Assembly: GCA_963707215.1 (NCBI GenBank)
Contig: CAVPPB010000003.1
Coordinates: forward strand, 1,344,001 to 1,408,000
Length of the DNA: 64,000 nucleotides
Reading direction: 5' to 3'
Origin: an uncultured Chloroflexia bacterium
GTDB taxonomy: Bacteria > Chloroflexota > Limnocylindria > Limnocylindrales > CSP1-4
In this document: piece by piece, positions 21,142-31,164 of the stretch
Numbering within the stretch: the first letter of the stretch is position 1
Layout: each line of letters begins with the position of its first letter
Translations under genes and position numbers: made by a program
The notes under the pieces: model-generated
The model's database searches: none
Told to the model about the DNA's origin: nothing
The model's input: only the letters and a program-made list of their open reading frames with translations

Positions 21142-22449
21142 TCAGCGGTTGCCGGACGCCATCCGCATGGCGTCAGGTCGCCGACGGAGACGCCACATCG
21201 CCACGATGCCGACGAGCGGTCCCAGGGCCAGGGCCGAGAAGGCGACCTGCCAGCCGCCCGCGTCGGCCGGCGCGATCGCCCCGACCGCCAGGATCGTCAC
21301 GGCGGTGAGCACGAAGCCGCTGGCGACCTGGACCTGGAGCGCCGAGCCGGCGGTCCCGGGCGGGGCCAGCTCAGAGACGGCAGCCGAGAACTGGGCCGAG
21401 TCGGCGACGACCGTGACGCCCCAGACCATGGCCAGGGCGACGACGAGCCAGGGCGACGCACCGAAGGACAGTCCGACCAGGAGCGCGCAGGAGCCGCTGA
21501 CCGCCATCGCCACGATGGTGGCCGTCGTCCGGCCGAACCGGTCGGCGAAGAGGCCTGCCCCGACGCAGCCGATCGCCCCGGCGGCCATGACGGCGAACGC
21601 GGCGAGCGACGCCAGGGCCGCGTCGTCGTTCCCGGCCGCCGTCAGCGACGCGGCCAGGAAGAGGGGGATCCAGGTCCACATCGCGAAGAGCTCCCACATG
21701 TGGCCCAGGTAGCCCACGTTGGCGAGGCGCACCGATGGCTGGCGGAACGCCGCTGCCGCGATCCGGATGCTGAAGCGCGGCGCCGACGTGTCGAACGGTC
21801 CCGGCCGACCACCGGCCAGCACCAGCCCGCCGCCCAGGAAGGTGGCGACCGAGGCGAAGGCCACCACCGCCCGCCAGTCCACGTCGGCGAGCGCGCCCAC
21901 GGCCCGGAAGAGATGCGGCATCGCCGAGCCGACGGTGACGGCGGCGATGAGCACACCGATCGCGAGGCCGCGCTCGCGCCGGAACCAGCCGGCGATCAGC
22001 TTCATCCCGACCGGGTAGACGGCGGCCAGGGCGGCGCCGGTTATCGCCCGGGCCGGGATCCCGGCCAGCGGCCCGTCGGCCAGCACGGCGAAGGCCAGGT
22101 TGGCGACCCCGGCGACGACGGCTCCGGCCGCAAAGAGGCGATCGCCGCGGATGACGTCCGTCGCGCCGCTGACCGCCAGGACGATGGCCCCGGCGGCGAA
22201 GCCGAGCTGGACGGCGACGACGAGCAGGGAGAGCTCGAAGGCCGATGCAGCCCACTCGCGCTCAAGCGACGGGGCCACGGCGGAGGAGCTGAACCAGGGC
22301 GACATCGCCAGGATCGTCCCGGCGGAGAGGACGGCCAGGGCGGCCCAGCGGCCCGGTGGATCGTCCGCAGGCACCGGACGGGCAGCCGTCTCCGGGGCGG
22401 GCGGAGGCCCGTGGATCGCTCCCGGATCAGCCGTCGGGCGGGACGCCAT
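21142..22449 (-). CDS. MFS transporter
   Basis: About 12 TM helices; YPVGMK, GYLGHMWEL, ADRFGR and ADSAQFS motifs. Confidence 0.9.
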   Translation of the reverse strand: MASRPTADPGAIHGPPPAPETAARPVPADDPPGRWAALAVLSAGTILAMSPWFSSSAVAPSLEREWAASAFELSLLVVAVQLGFAAGAIVLAVSGATDVIRGDRLFAAGAVVAGVANLAFAVLADGPLAGIPARAITGAALAAVYPVGMKLIAGWFRRERGLAIGVLIAAVTVGSAMPHLFRAVGALADVDWRAVVAFASVATFLGGGLVLAGGRPGPFDTSAPRFSIRIAAAAFRQPSVRLANVGYLGHMWELFAMWTWIPLFLAASLTAAGNDDAALASLAAFAVMAAGAIGCVGAGLFADRFGRTTATIVAMAVSGSCALLVGLSFGASPWLVVALAMVWGVTVVADSAQFSAAVSELAPPGTAGSALQVQVASGFVLTAVTILAVGAIAPADAGGWQVAFSALALGPLVGIVAMWRLRRRPDAMRMASGNR

Positions 22450-22858
22450 CGCGCCCCATCGTATAGACGAGGCACTCTCCACGCAGGACCTCGGTCCCGT
22501 CGGTCCGTCGGGCGACGCAGCGGAGGCGGGTGATCGGCTTGTCGGTGCGGGCCTCGATGACCTCCGCTTCGGCCGTGACCGTGTCGCCGACATGGACCGG
22601 CGCCGGGTAGTCCCACTCCTGGTGGAGGAACACGCTGCCGGGTCCGGGCAGCTCCATCGCCACCAGCGCATTGAACAGGCCGGTGGTCAGGCCGCCCTGG
22701 ACGACGAGTCGGCCGACCCGGGTCTCGGCCGCGAAGGCCTCGTCGAAGTGGAGCGGATCCCGGTCGCCCGTCATGCGGGCGAACGCCTCGACCTCCTCGG
22801 CGCTGAAGGTCCTGGTCCAGGTCGCCGCAGCCCCCACCGGCGGCGGGGTCCAGGTCAC
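22427..22858 (-). CDS. MaoC family dehydratase
   Basis: FARMTGD.DPLH.D, LPGPG and PVHVGD motifs. Confidence 0.9.
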   Translation of the reverse strand: MTWTPPPVGAAATWTRTFSAEEVEAFARMTGDRDPLHFDEAFAAETRVGRLVVQGGLTTGLFNALVAMELPGPGSVFLHQEWDYPAPVHVGDTVTAEAEVIEARTDKPITRLRCVARRTDGTEVLRGECLVYTMGRDGVPPDG

Positions 22859-22864
22859 CGTGGC

Positions 22865-23194
22865 CTACAGCCGCTCGAAGCGCTCGACCGGCATGACGAA
22901 CACCGTCGCCCCGCCGACCTCGACCTCGAGCGGGTAGGGCATGAAGAACTCGCCCGGCTCCATGATCGGCGGCATCGGGTTGACGACCTCGGTCCGCGAC
23001 CGGCAGGTCTCCCGGATGATCCCCATGACCTGCTCGACCTGGTCCTCCTCGACGCCGACCATGATCGTCGCGTTCGTCTGCTTGAGGAACCCACCGGCCG
23101 AGTGGAGCCGGGTCGCGCGCAGCTCCTGCCCCAGGAGCGCGTCCACGAGCGGGCCGGCGTCTTCGTGATGGACGATGGCGACGACGAGCTTCAC
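22865..23194 (-). CDS. darA: Cyclic-di-AMP receptor, PII-like (DarA/PstA/YaaQ family)
   Basis: MKLVVAIV..ED, TRL.S.GGFL...N.T, C..R and VGGATVFV..VE.F motifs. Confidence 0.88.
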   Translation of the reverse strand: MKLVVAIVHHEDAGPLVDALLGQELRATRLHSAGGFLKQTNATIMVGVEEDQVEQVMGIIRETCRSRTEVVNPMPPIMEPGEFFMPYPLEVEVGGATVFVMPVERFERL

Positions 23195-23331
23195 GGCGGC
23201 GAGTATAGGCCGCTCGTCGACCCCGATGATGCGTCCGGCTGGTGCGCCTGGCGGGACACGACCCCCTTCCGGACCGCGGGGGCCGACGCCTACCATCGGC
23301 TGGTCCGGCTGCCCCACCCGAGGAGGATCCC

Positions 23332-24359
23332 GTGTCGACCGACCCGTCCGCCGACCAACCCAGCGCCATCCGCGTCCTCGCCGACGCCGCCGCCTCGCTC
23401 GCCCGAGGGACCGATCTCGACGCAGCCATCGGCGGGCTGATCGCCGGCGCCGCCGATTCGACGGGGGCCGCCCTGGCGGCGCTCTTCGTCCAGGACCCTG
23501 AGGTCGGCGGTCTCCAGCTGGTGGCGGCCCACGGGTTCGCGTCGGACGCGCTGGCCGATCTCGAGGCCGAGGTGACCGGTGACGCCGACCACCCGATCGC
23601 GGTCGCGGCGCGCGACGCGCGGCCCAACGTCGGACGAGCGGGTCCCGGCCCGGACGGGGCCGGGACGACCGCGGCGGACCTGCCGCTGGTGGTCGCCCGG
23701 GACGGCATCGACCTGCCGCTGGGCGTCCTCTCGCTCGGCTGGTCCGGTGAGCGGACGATCGACGACGACGAGCGGGCGCTCCTCTCGGCGACCGCCGACC
23801 TCATCGCCCTGTCGCTGGACCGGGTGCGCCTGACAACGCTGGTGCACGAGCGCTCCGAGTGGTTCGAGCGGCTCGCCCAGACCGACGCCCTGACCGGGCT
23901 GGCCAACAGCCGGCTCCGTCGACCGGGTCCTCGAGCTCGAGGTCGCCCGGGCGGGGCGTCAGGGCAGCGAGCTCTCGGTGATCGTCTTCGACGTCGACGA
24001 TTTCGGCAGCTTCAACGAGCGGGCCGGCCGCGAGGCCGGCGACGACGCGCTCCGCCAGGTCGCGGCCGCGCTCGACGGGCTCGGTCCGCCTGGTCGACAC
24101 CGTCGCCCGGATCGGCGCCGACGAGTTCGTGGTCGTCGCCCCGGGATCTGCCGGCGAGATCGTCGCGCGGCGGCTCATCGATGCCGTTGCGGCGTTCGAC
24201 GAGTCCGGCGACGGGGTGACCGTCTCGGCGGCCGTTGCCCGGTTCCCGGCCGACGGCACGAGTGCCGAGGGGCTGCTCCAGGAGGCCCGCAGCGCGCTGG
24301 CCGGGGCGAAGGCCGACGGCAGCGGCCTCCTCGTGAGGCTCTCGGGCGGCGACGGCTAG
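23332..24359 (+). CDS. GAF plus GGDEF diguanylate cyclase, frameshifted near 23915 and 24080
   Basis: GAF, then TDALTGLAN, FDVDDF..FN..G...GD and RIGADEF across three frames; GGAGG RBS. Confidence 0.8.
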
Positions 24360-25041
24360 ACCGGCCGGTCCCGCAGCCTGGCCGCAAGGGCGGGCAGCCG
24401 TTCGAGCGCGTCGAGGATCGCCGCGAACACCAGGTCCGGGTCGGCGGCCGCATCCACGACCGCGAAGCGGTCCGGCTCGTTCTCGGCCATCCGGAGGTAG
24501 CCGTCGCGAACGCGCCGATGGAACTCGACCTCGAAGCCGGCCTCGAAGCGGTTCCGCTCGCTGGCTGACTTGCGGGCGAGGCCGATCTCGACGGGGATGT
24601 CCAGGAGGATCGTCAGGTCGGGCGACGAGGCCGCCGGTCGCGAAGCGCTGGATGGCCCGCAGTTCATCCACGTCCAGCCCCCGGCCGAAGCCCTGGTAGG
24701 CCAGCGTGGAGTCGGCGTGGCGGGCGTCGATGACGAGAGCTCCACCGGCGACGCCCGGTCGGACGACCTCGTCGACCAGCTGGGCGCCGCGAGGCGCTGA
24801 ACAGCAGCGCATCGGCCCGAGGGGCGATGCGCTCGTTCGTCGAGGCAGCTCCAAGCAGGATCTCGCGGATCCGCTCCCCGGCCCAGGTGCCGCCCGGCTC
24901 GCGGACCAGGCTGACGGGCACGCCATGGGACCGGGCGAGAGCGGCCAGCCGCTCCGCCTGGAGCGTCTTGCCGGATCCGTCGCCGCCCTCGATGGTCACG
25001 AACCAGCCGGGGCCGGAGGTCGTCGGGTGTTCGTCGGTCAC
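24356..25041 (-). CDS. tmk: Thymidylate kinase, frameshifted
   Basis: TIEGGDGSGKT, REPGGT, ALLF, DSTLAYQG.GRG, PDLTILLD and FH.RVR.GY spread over several frames. Confidence 0.88.
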
Positions 25042-25149
25042 GGCCGGAGTGTATCGGCGCCGACGCCGGCGGGGCGTCCGATCGGGACCCGGCGCAGGAG
25101 CGCGCGACACGCCGACGAGGCAGCCGTGTCCGGTGCTACCCTCGGCGCG

Positions 25150-26601
25150 ATGCGGGACCTCACCGACCGAGCGCTCGACACCGCTACGGCGCAGGGCGCG
25201 ACGTATGCCGACGCACGGATCGTCCGCCGTCTCGAGGAGTCGATTCCAGGTCAAGTCCGGCCGGGTCGAGGGCGTCTCCTCGGGTGAGACGGAAGGCATC
25301 GGCATCCGGGTCATCGTCGACGGCGCCTGGGGCTTCGCCAGCACCTATCGCCTGGAGCCCCGCGAGATCGAGCGGACGGCCGCCGAGGCGGTCCGGATCG
25401 CCCGGGCCACGGCAACGGCCCTGCCGCCGCCCCGTGGTCCTCGACGATCGCCCACCGGCCCAGGGCAGGTACGAGACCCCGGTCGAGGTCGACCCGTTCA
25501 CCGTCCCGCTGGAGACGAAGATCGCCGACCTCGTCGCGGCGGACGAAGCCATGCGGCGGGTCAAGGGCCTCGCCTTCACCGAGTCGCTCTACGGCGCCCA
25601 GCGCGAGTGGAAGACGTTCGCGGCCAGCGACGGCTCCTATGCCGAGCAGGTCATCACCCACGTCGGCGCCGGGATCGAGGCGAACGCCGCCAGCGGCGAC
25701 GAGCAGCAGCGGCGGACCTACCCCGATGCCGGCGGCGGCTGGCAGGGCGCGGGCTACGAGTACATCCGGAGCCTCGACCTGGCCGGGCGGGCCGAGCCGC
25801 TGGCCGAGGAGGCAGTCGCCCTGCTGACCGCGCCGCAGTGCCCGTCCGGGCGGTTCACCGTCATCCTCGATCCGTCGCAGCTCTACCTCCAGATCCACGA
25901 GAGCTGCGGCCATCCCAGCGAGCTCGACCGGGTCTTCGGGACCGAGGCCAGCTACGCGGGCACGAGCTTCCTGACGACCGACAAGCTCGAGGCGGGCTTC
26001 CGCTACGGATCGGACCTCGTCGACATCGTCGCCGACGCGACGGCGCCGGGCGGGATGGGGACCTTCGGCTGGGACGATGAAGGGGTCGCGGCCCAGGCGG
26101 TGCCGCTCGTCAAGGAGGGCATCTTCGTCGGCTACCTCTCCAGCCGCGAGACCGCTCCGGTCATCAGCCGCCCGTCGGGCGGGGCGATGCGGGCCGACGG
26201 CTGGAACCGCATCCCGCTCATCCGGATGACGAACGTCAACCTGCTGCCCAAGCCGGGCATGAGCCTCGAGGAGATCGTCGCCGACACGGACGACGGGCTC
26301 TACCTCTCGTCGAACCGGTCCTGGTCGATCGACGACCGGCGGCTCAACTTCCAGTTCGCCACCGAGGTCGCCTACGAGATCAAGGGCGGCAAGCTGGGCC
26401 GGCTCTACCGGAACCCGACCTACACCGGGATCACCTACGAGTTCTGGCGATCCTGTGACGCCGTCGGCGACGAGCGCAGCTACCGGATGCTGGGCACGCC
26501 CAACTGCGGCAAGGGCGAGCCGCCGCCAGACCGGCCACGTGGGCCACGCCGTCTCGGGCGCCCGCTTCCGGGACGTCCAGGTCGGGGTCGGCAAGTGGTG
26601 A
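25150..26601 (+). CDS. tldD: TldD family metalloprotease, frameshifted near 25244, 25425 and 26525
   Basis: YADAR, GIRVIVDGAWGFA, HESCGHPSELDR, DDEG, RMTN and CGKG motifs. Confidence 0.88.
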
Positions 26602-27965
26602 CCGAGGGCAGCGCGGCGCGCGACCCGCGGAGCGCCCTGACCCTGGCGGCGACCGCCATCGGGCATGCGCAGCGGGGCGGAGCGACGGAGGCCGAGGCGC
26701 TCGTCATCGCCGAGGACTCGGCCCTGACCCGGTTCGCCAACAACGAGATCCACCAGAACGTCGCCGAGACGAACGTCCGGATCCAGCTGCGCTTCGTCGC
26801 CGGCAAGCGGATCGGGGTCGCCTCGACCGGGCGCACCGACGACCACGCCGTCCGTGCCCTCGCCGAGACGGCCGGGGCGATCGCCCGCGCCTCGGCCGTG
26901 CTGGAGGATTGGGGCGGCCTGCCGGCCGCGAGCCGGATCGCCGACGTGCCCTACGCCTTCTGCGCCGGCACCGCCAATGCCTCGCCGGAGCTGCGGGCCG
27001 AGAGCGCTCGGGCGGTCATCGGCGCCGCCGACGAGGTCGGCGTGACGGCCTACGGCTCGTTCTCGACCGGCGTCGAGACGGTCGCCGTCGCCAATACCGC
27101 CGGGATCCGCGCCGCCGCGTCCCGGACGACGACCGCACCTGGTGACCGTCTCGATGGGTCCCGACGGCGGCACCGGCTACGCGGAAGGGGCCGGTGTGAG
27201 CGTCGGCTCCATCGACGCCGAGGCCCTCGGTCGCGAAGCGGCCGGCAAGGCCCGCGCCAGCGCGAACCCGGTCTCGATCGAGCCCGGCGACTACCCGGTC
27301 GTGCTCGAGGAATACGCGGTCGTCGACATCCTCGACATGCTCGGCTTCCTCGGCTTCAGCGCCCTGGCGGTCCAGGAGCAGCGCTCCTTCTTCGAGCCGG
27401 GACGGCGGATCGGCAGCGACCTGGTCACCATCCGCGACGATGGCACCGATCCGGCGACGCTGCCGATGGCCTTCGACTACGAGGGGGTCGGGAAGCGGCC
27501 GATCACCCTGGTCGAGCAGGGCCTCTGCCGCGAGCTCGTCTACGACGCCCAGACTGCGGCGCGCGAGGGACGCAAGTCCACCGGCCACGGCCTGCCGGCG
27601 CCGAATCCCTGGGGTCCCTTCCCGATCAACCTCGTCCTCGAGAACGGCCACGCCTCCGCGCGAGGAACTCATCGGCGGGCTGGAGCGCGGGTCTCCTCGT
27701 GACCCGCTTCCACTACACGAACCCGGTCCACCCGAAGCTCGCGATCGTGACCGGGATGACCCGGGACGGGACGTTCCTCGTCGAGGACGGTCGGATCGTC
27801 GGCCCGGTCCGCAACCTCCGCTACACGCAGCGCTACCTCGACGCCCTGGCGGGCATCGAGGCGATCAGCAGCGAGCCGCGGACCTTGATGGGCTTCCTCG
27901 GCGGCGTCTCGACGCCGGCCGTGCGGATCTCGAACTGGACCTTCACCGGGGCCACGGAGCACTAG
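26598..27965 (+). CDS. pmbA: PmbA/TldE family protein, frameshifted near 27135 and 27660-27690
   Basis: TRFANNEIHQN, PGDYPVVLE, FDYEG, STGH and TGMTRDG; GTGA overlap with tldD. Confidence 0.82.
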   Translation: MTEGSAARDPRSALTLAATAIGHAQRGGATEAEALVIAEDSALTRFANNEIHQNVAETNVRIQLRFVAGKRIGVASTGRTDDHAVRALAETAGAIARASAVLEDWGGLPAASRIADVPYAFCAGTANASPELRAESARAVIGAADEVGVTAYGSFSTGVETVAVANTAGIRAAASRTTTAPGDRLDGSRRRHRLRGRGRCERRLHRRRGPRSRSGRQGPRQREPGLDRARRLPGRARGIRGRRHPRHARLPRLQRPGGPGAALLLRAGTADRQRPGHHPRRWHRSGDAADGLRLRGGREAADHPGRAGPLPRARLRRPDCGARGTQVHRPRPAGAESLGSLPDQPRPRERPRLRARNSSAGWSAGLLVTRFHYTNPVHPKLAIVTGMTRDGTFLVEDGRIVGPVRNLRYTQRYLDALAGIEAISSEPRTLMGFLGGVSTPAVRISNWTFTGATEH

Positions 27966-27972
27966 GGGGCAG

Positions 27973-28320
27973 GTGCCGTGGTCATCGCTCGAGCCGGCTC
28001 GCGGCACCGGCACCAGCCGGGCGCCTGAGCCCATGGGCCACGACCCCGGATCCGGCGGCGACGAGCTGCCGATCCACGTCACCCGCGACGGCCGGATCTT
28101 CGTGCACGTCGGCACGCGGTTCGTGGAGGCATCCCTCGACGAGGTCGACCGGACGCTGGAGCGCCTCGCGGCTGACCGGGGCTCGGTCGCCTACAGCCGC
28201 GATGACCCGGACGACGAGCCGGCCGGCGTTGCGCTCGATGTCGTGGGCCTGGTGGCCGACCACCGGCTGCCGGTGCGGCTCATCGCCGACACGCCGGACG
28301 AGCTGCTCGACGAGGCCTGA
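27973..28320 (+). CDS. Hypothetical protein
   Basis: 115-aa ORF filling the gap between pmbA and the convergent oxidoreductase; alternative start at 28033. Confidence 0.5.
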   Translation: MPWSSLEPARGTGTSRAPEPMGHDPGSGGDELPIHVTRDGRIFVHVGTRFVEASLDEVDRTLERLAADRGSVAYSRDDPDDEPAGVALDVVGLVADHRLPVRLIADTPDELLDEA

Positions 28321-28321
28321 C

Positions 28322-29887
28322 CTACTCCGGGCCCAGGTCGTAGCCCATCCGGCGCGGCAGGCGGACCAGCTCACGCAGCAGCCGAGGCGATGATCGCCCG
28401 AGATCGTCGCGCTGCTCCTTGGCGACGATCGCCTCGCGGATGACCCGGGCCCCCATGAACCGGAACGGCTCGGGCGGGAAGCGCCGGGACCGATGCTCGA
28501 CCAGGGGCAGCCGGGCGACCGGGTCGTCGAGGCGGTCGAGGGCCAGCGCCGCCAGGATGCGGCCGCCCAGGTGCGACGGGCCGACGCCCGTCCCGCTGTA
28601 GCCGTGGCCATAGTGGACGGTGCCGGGCTCGAGCGTCCCGAAGGCCGGCAGGTGGTCCGGGGCGATGTCGATCGGCCCGCCCCAGGCGTCCACGAGGGCC
28701 ACATCGGCCAGCTGCGGGTAGAGGCGCCGGAAGCCGCGGGCCGCCAGCCGGACCGAGGCGAGGTCGCGGGTCACCCAGTCTCCCAGCCGTCCGCCGTAGC
28801 CGGCCCGACCACCGCCCCCGCCGAAGGCGATCCGGCCGTCGGCCGTGGCCTGCCAGTAGTGGTTGGTGAAGCGGGCGTCGCTGATGGCGTGGCCGCCCGT
28901 GTAGCCGATCTCGGCCAGGCGGTCGGGGATCGGCTCGGTCAGCACGATGTAGCTGCTCCAGGTCACGAGGCGCGAGCCGAACCGACGCCAGGACGCGGCC
29001 CAGGCGTTGAGCGCGAGGACGACCTGGTCGGCGGTCAGGGTGCCGGACTCGGCGGTCGCCACGGGCTCGGTCCCGCCGGTCGCCACGGGCTCGGTCCCGC
29101 CGGTCGCCACGGCCTCCGTCTCGAGCGTCACCGGCTGGCCCGGCCTCCCGGGCCGCATCCGCCGGAGCCTCGTCCCCTCGTGGATCGTCACGCCCCGCTC
29201 CAGCAGGACCCGCCGCAGCCCGCGCGCCAGGCGCGCCGGCTGGATGTTGGCATCGCCCGGGACGAGATACCCCGCCCGAAGTCGGGGACTGCCGCCGAGC
29301 CGCCGCATCTCGTCCGCGCTGACGGGGCGGAAGCGGTCGGCGAAGCCGAGTCGCCCGGTCAGCTCGGCGCTGCCGTCGAAGCCCCCGTCCTGGGCCCGCG
29401 ACGTCGACGCGAGCAGGGAGCCGACCGGACGCAGCCAGGCGTCGACCCCGTGGCGCTCGCACCATGCCGCGACCTCGCCCGGGGCCCGCTCGCACTCGAG
29501 GGCCGCCGCGACGCCGTCGTCCCTGCCGAAGTGGTGGACGAGGGCCGGCAGCGAGTCCCACCAGCCGGTCAGGAAGCCGCCGTTCCGGCCGCTGGCGCCG
29601 CCACCGACGATGTCCTGGTCGATGATCGTGACCCGGATGCCGGGCGCCTGCTCGATGAGCTGCCAGGCGGTCCAGAGCCCCGTGAAGCCACCGCCGACGA
29701 TCGCGACGTCGGTGCTCGCCGACCCGCGCAGCGGTGGACATGGAGCCCCGGGGTCGGCGGCGAGCGCCTCCCGGAGCCACCACGCCCGGTGCGTTCCGAC
29801 GATCGGCGCCAGCCGCTCCATGTCGGCCGCCAGGACGGCCCCGAGACTGCGGGAACGCTGCTTGGTCGGCGAGTCGAGTCTGGGCAT
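28322..29887 (-). CDS. FAD-dependent oxidoreductase, DAO/PuuB-like (possible polyamine catabolism)
   Basis: DVAIVGGGFTGLW, GASGRNGG, QPARLARGL, WGGPID and GYSGTGV; start uncertain (29887 or 29821). Confidence 0.88.
   Translation of the reverse strand: MPRLDSPTKQRSRSLGAVLAADMERLAPIVGTHRAWWLREALAADPGAPCPPLRGSASTDVAIVGGGFTGLWTAWQLIEQAPGIRVTIIDQDIVGGGASGRNGGFLTGWWDSLPALVHHFGRDDGVAAALECERAPGEVAAWCERHGVDAWLRPVGSLLASTSRAQDGGFDGSAELTGRLGFADRFRPVSADEMRRLGGSPRLRAGYLVPGDANIQPARLARGLRRVLLERGVTIHEGTRLRRMRPGRPGQPVTLETEAVATGGTEPVATGGTEPVATAESGTLTADQVVLALNAWAASWRRFGSRLVTWSSYIVLTEPIPDRLAEIGYTGGHAISDARFTNHYWQATADGRIAFGGGGGRAGYGGRLGDWVTRDLASVRLAARGFRRLYPQLADVALVDAWGGPIDIAPDHLPAFGTLEPGTVHYGHGYSGTGVGPSHLGGRILAALALDRLDDPVARLPLVEHRSRRFPPEPFRFMGARVIREAIVAKEQRDDLGRSSPRLLRELVRLPRRMGYDLGPE
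29053..29112. repeat. 24-bp tandem repeat x2.5 (intragenic, encodes VATGGTEP)
   Basis: cggtcgccacgggctcggtcccgc twice plus a partial third copy. Confidence 0.88.
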
Positions 29888-29925
29888 ACTCGCATTGAAG
29901 CGCGTCGGGGAGGGGGCCGGTGCGG

Positions 29926-29971
29926 TCGGCGCGCAGACAGGGCCGATCTCGGCGCGCAGACCGGGCCGATC
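29926..29971. repeat. 23-bp intergenic tandem repeat x2
   Basis: TCGGCGCGCAGAC(A/C)GGGCCGATC at 29926 and 29949, between divergent genes. Confidence 0.85.
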
Positions 29972-30053
29972 GGGGCCCGCGGGCCGAGCCGGTCGCAGCT
30001 TGCCACGCCGGCGCGGCCTCACACGCGGCCGCGGCTTGACACAGGAGTGACGG

Positions 30054-31088
30054 ATGAGCCCACCCGACGACTTCCGGATCGAGCGGAGCGAGCTCCGCGC
30101 CGACGATGAGTACGCCGAGATCCCCGACTGGTACCTGCCCTCGTACGTCGGAGCGACCACCTTCCAGAAGCTCCCCTCCTGCCCGGACGACGAGAGCCTC
30201 GCCGCCGCGAACGCCGAGGTGGCGATCGTCGGCGCGCCGGTCGACGACGGCGCCTCGAACCGGGCCGGCGCCCGCTTCGGGCCACGGGCCATCCGCTCGG
30301 CGACGTACCACTCCGGGGAGCTGTGGTCGATCCAGCTGGAGACCTCGGTCTTCGACCGGATCCGCTGTGTCGACGCCGGCGACGCCCCGGTCGTCCCGTC
30401 GCGCCTGGAGCGGTCGCTCCGCGTCGTCCACGAGAAGGTCCACCGGGTCGCCCGGACCGGCGCGATCCCCATCGTCCTGGGTGGCGATCACTCGATCACC
30501 TACCCGTCGGCGGCCGCGGTCGCCCGGGTCCAGCACCCCCGCAAGATCGGCCTCGTCCACTTCGACGCCCACGCCGATACCGGCCTGGAGGTCTACGGCT
30601 CGCTCATCAGCCACGGGACGCCGATGCGGAACCTCATCCAGGAGGGCTGGGTCGAGGGCCGCAACTTCGTCCAGGTCGGCCTGCGCGGCTACTGGCCGGA
30701 GAAGGACACCTTCGACTGGATGCGCGAGCAGGGCCTGCGCTGGCATCGGATGGTCGAGATCGAGGAGCGCGGCGCCGAGGCGGTCATCGACCAGGCCATC
30801 GCCGAGGCGCTCGACGGACCCGACGCGATCTACCTCTCGATCGACATCGACGTCGTCGACCCGGGCAACGCCCCGGGCACCGGCACGCCCGAACCCGGTG
30901 GCCTCTCGCCGCGCGAGCTGCTGCGGGCCGTGCGGCGGATCGTCTCGAGCGTCGAGCTCGTCGGGATGGATGTCGTGGAGGTGAGCCCGCCGTACGACCA
31001 GGCCGACGTGACCGCGGCCCTGGCCCACCGCTGCGTCCTCGAGGCGATCAGCGCCCTGGCCCTCAAGCGACCGGAGCCGACCGGGTAG
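30054..31088 (+). CDS. speB: Agmatinase / ureohydrolase
   Basis: GARFGP.AIR, GGDHS, DAHAD, SHGTP, DIDVVDP and GTGTPEPGG motifs. Confidence 0.9.
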   Translation: MSPPDDFRIERSELRADDEYAEIPDWYLPSYVGATTFQKLPSCPDDESLAAANAEVAIVGAPVDDGASNRAGARFGPRAIRSATYHSGELWSIQLETSVFDRIRCVDAGDAPVVPSRLERSLRVVHEKVHRVARTGAIPIVLGGDHSITYPSAAAVARVQHPRKIGLVHFDAHADTGLEVYGSLISHGTPMRNLIQEGWVEGRNFVQVGLRGYWPEKDTFDWMREQGLRWHRMVEIEERGAEAVIDQAIAEALDGPDAIYLSIDIDVVDPGNAPGTGTPEPGGLSPRELLRAVRRIVSSVELVGMDVVEVSPPYDQADVTAALAHRCVLEAISALALKRPEPTG

Positions 31089-31125
31089 CCGGCGCGCTCG
31101 GGATACCGGGGCGCCCGCGCGGTTC

Positions 31126-31158
31126 CGTAACGGCCCCGTACCGGCAGCGTGGCCTGAT
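31126..31158 (+). promoter_or_regulatory. CGTAACG box, second heptamer and weak -10 (copy 1)
   Basis: CGTAACG-gccc-CGTACCG; CCTGAT at +27; ATG at +39. Confidence 0.65.
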
Positions 31159-31164
31159 GGCGCC

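Noticed and set aside
25284-27965. 893-aa TldD-PmbA fusion
   Set aside because: TldD has its own terminus (VQVGVGKW* at 26601) with a GTGA overlap to pmbA. The fusion arises from a frameshift near 26525.
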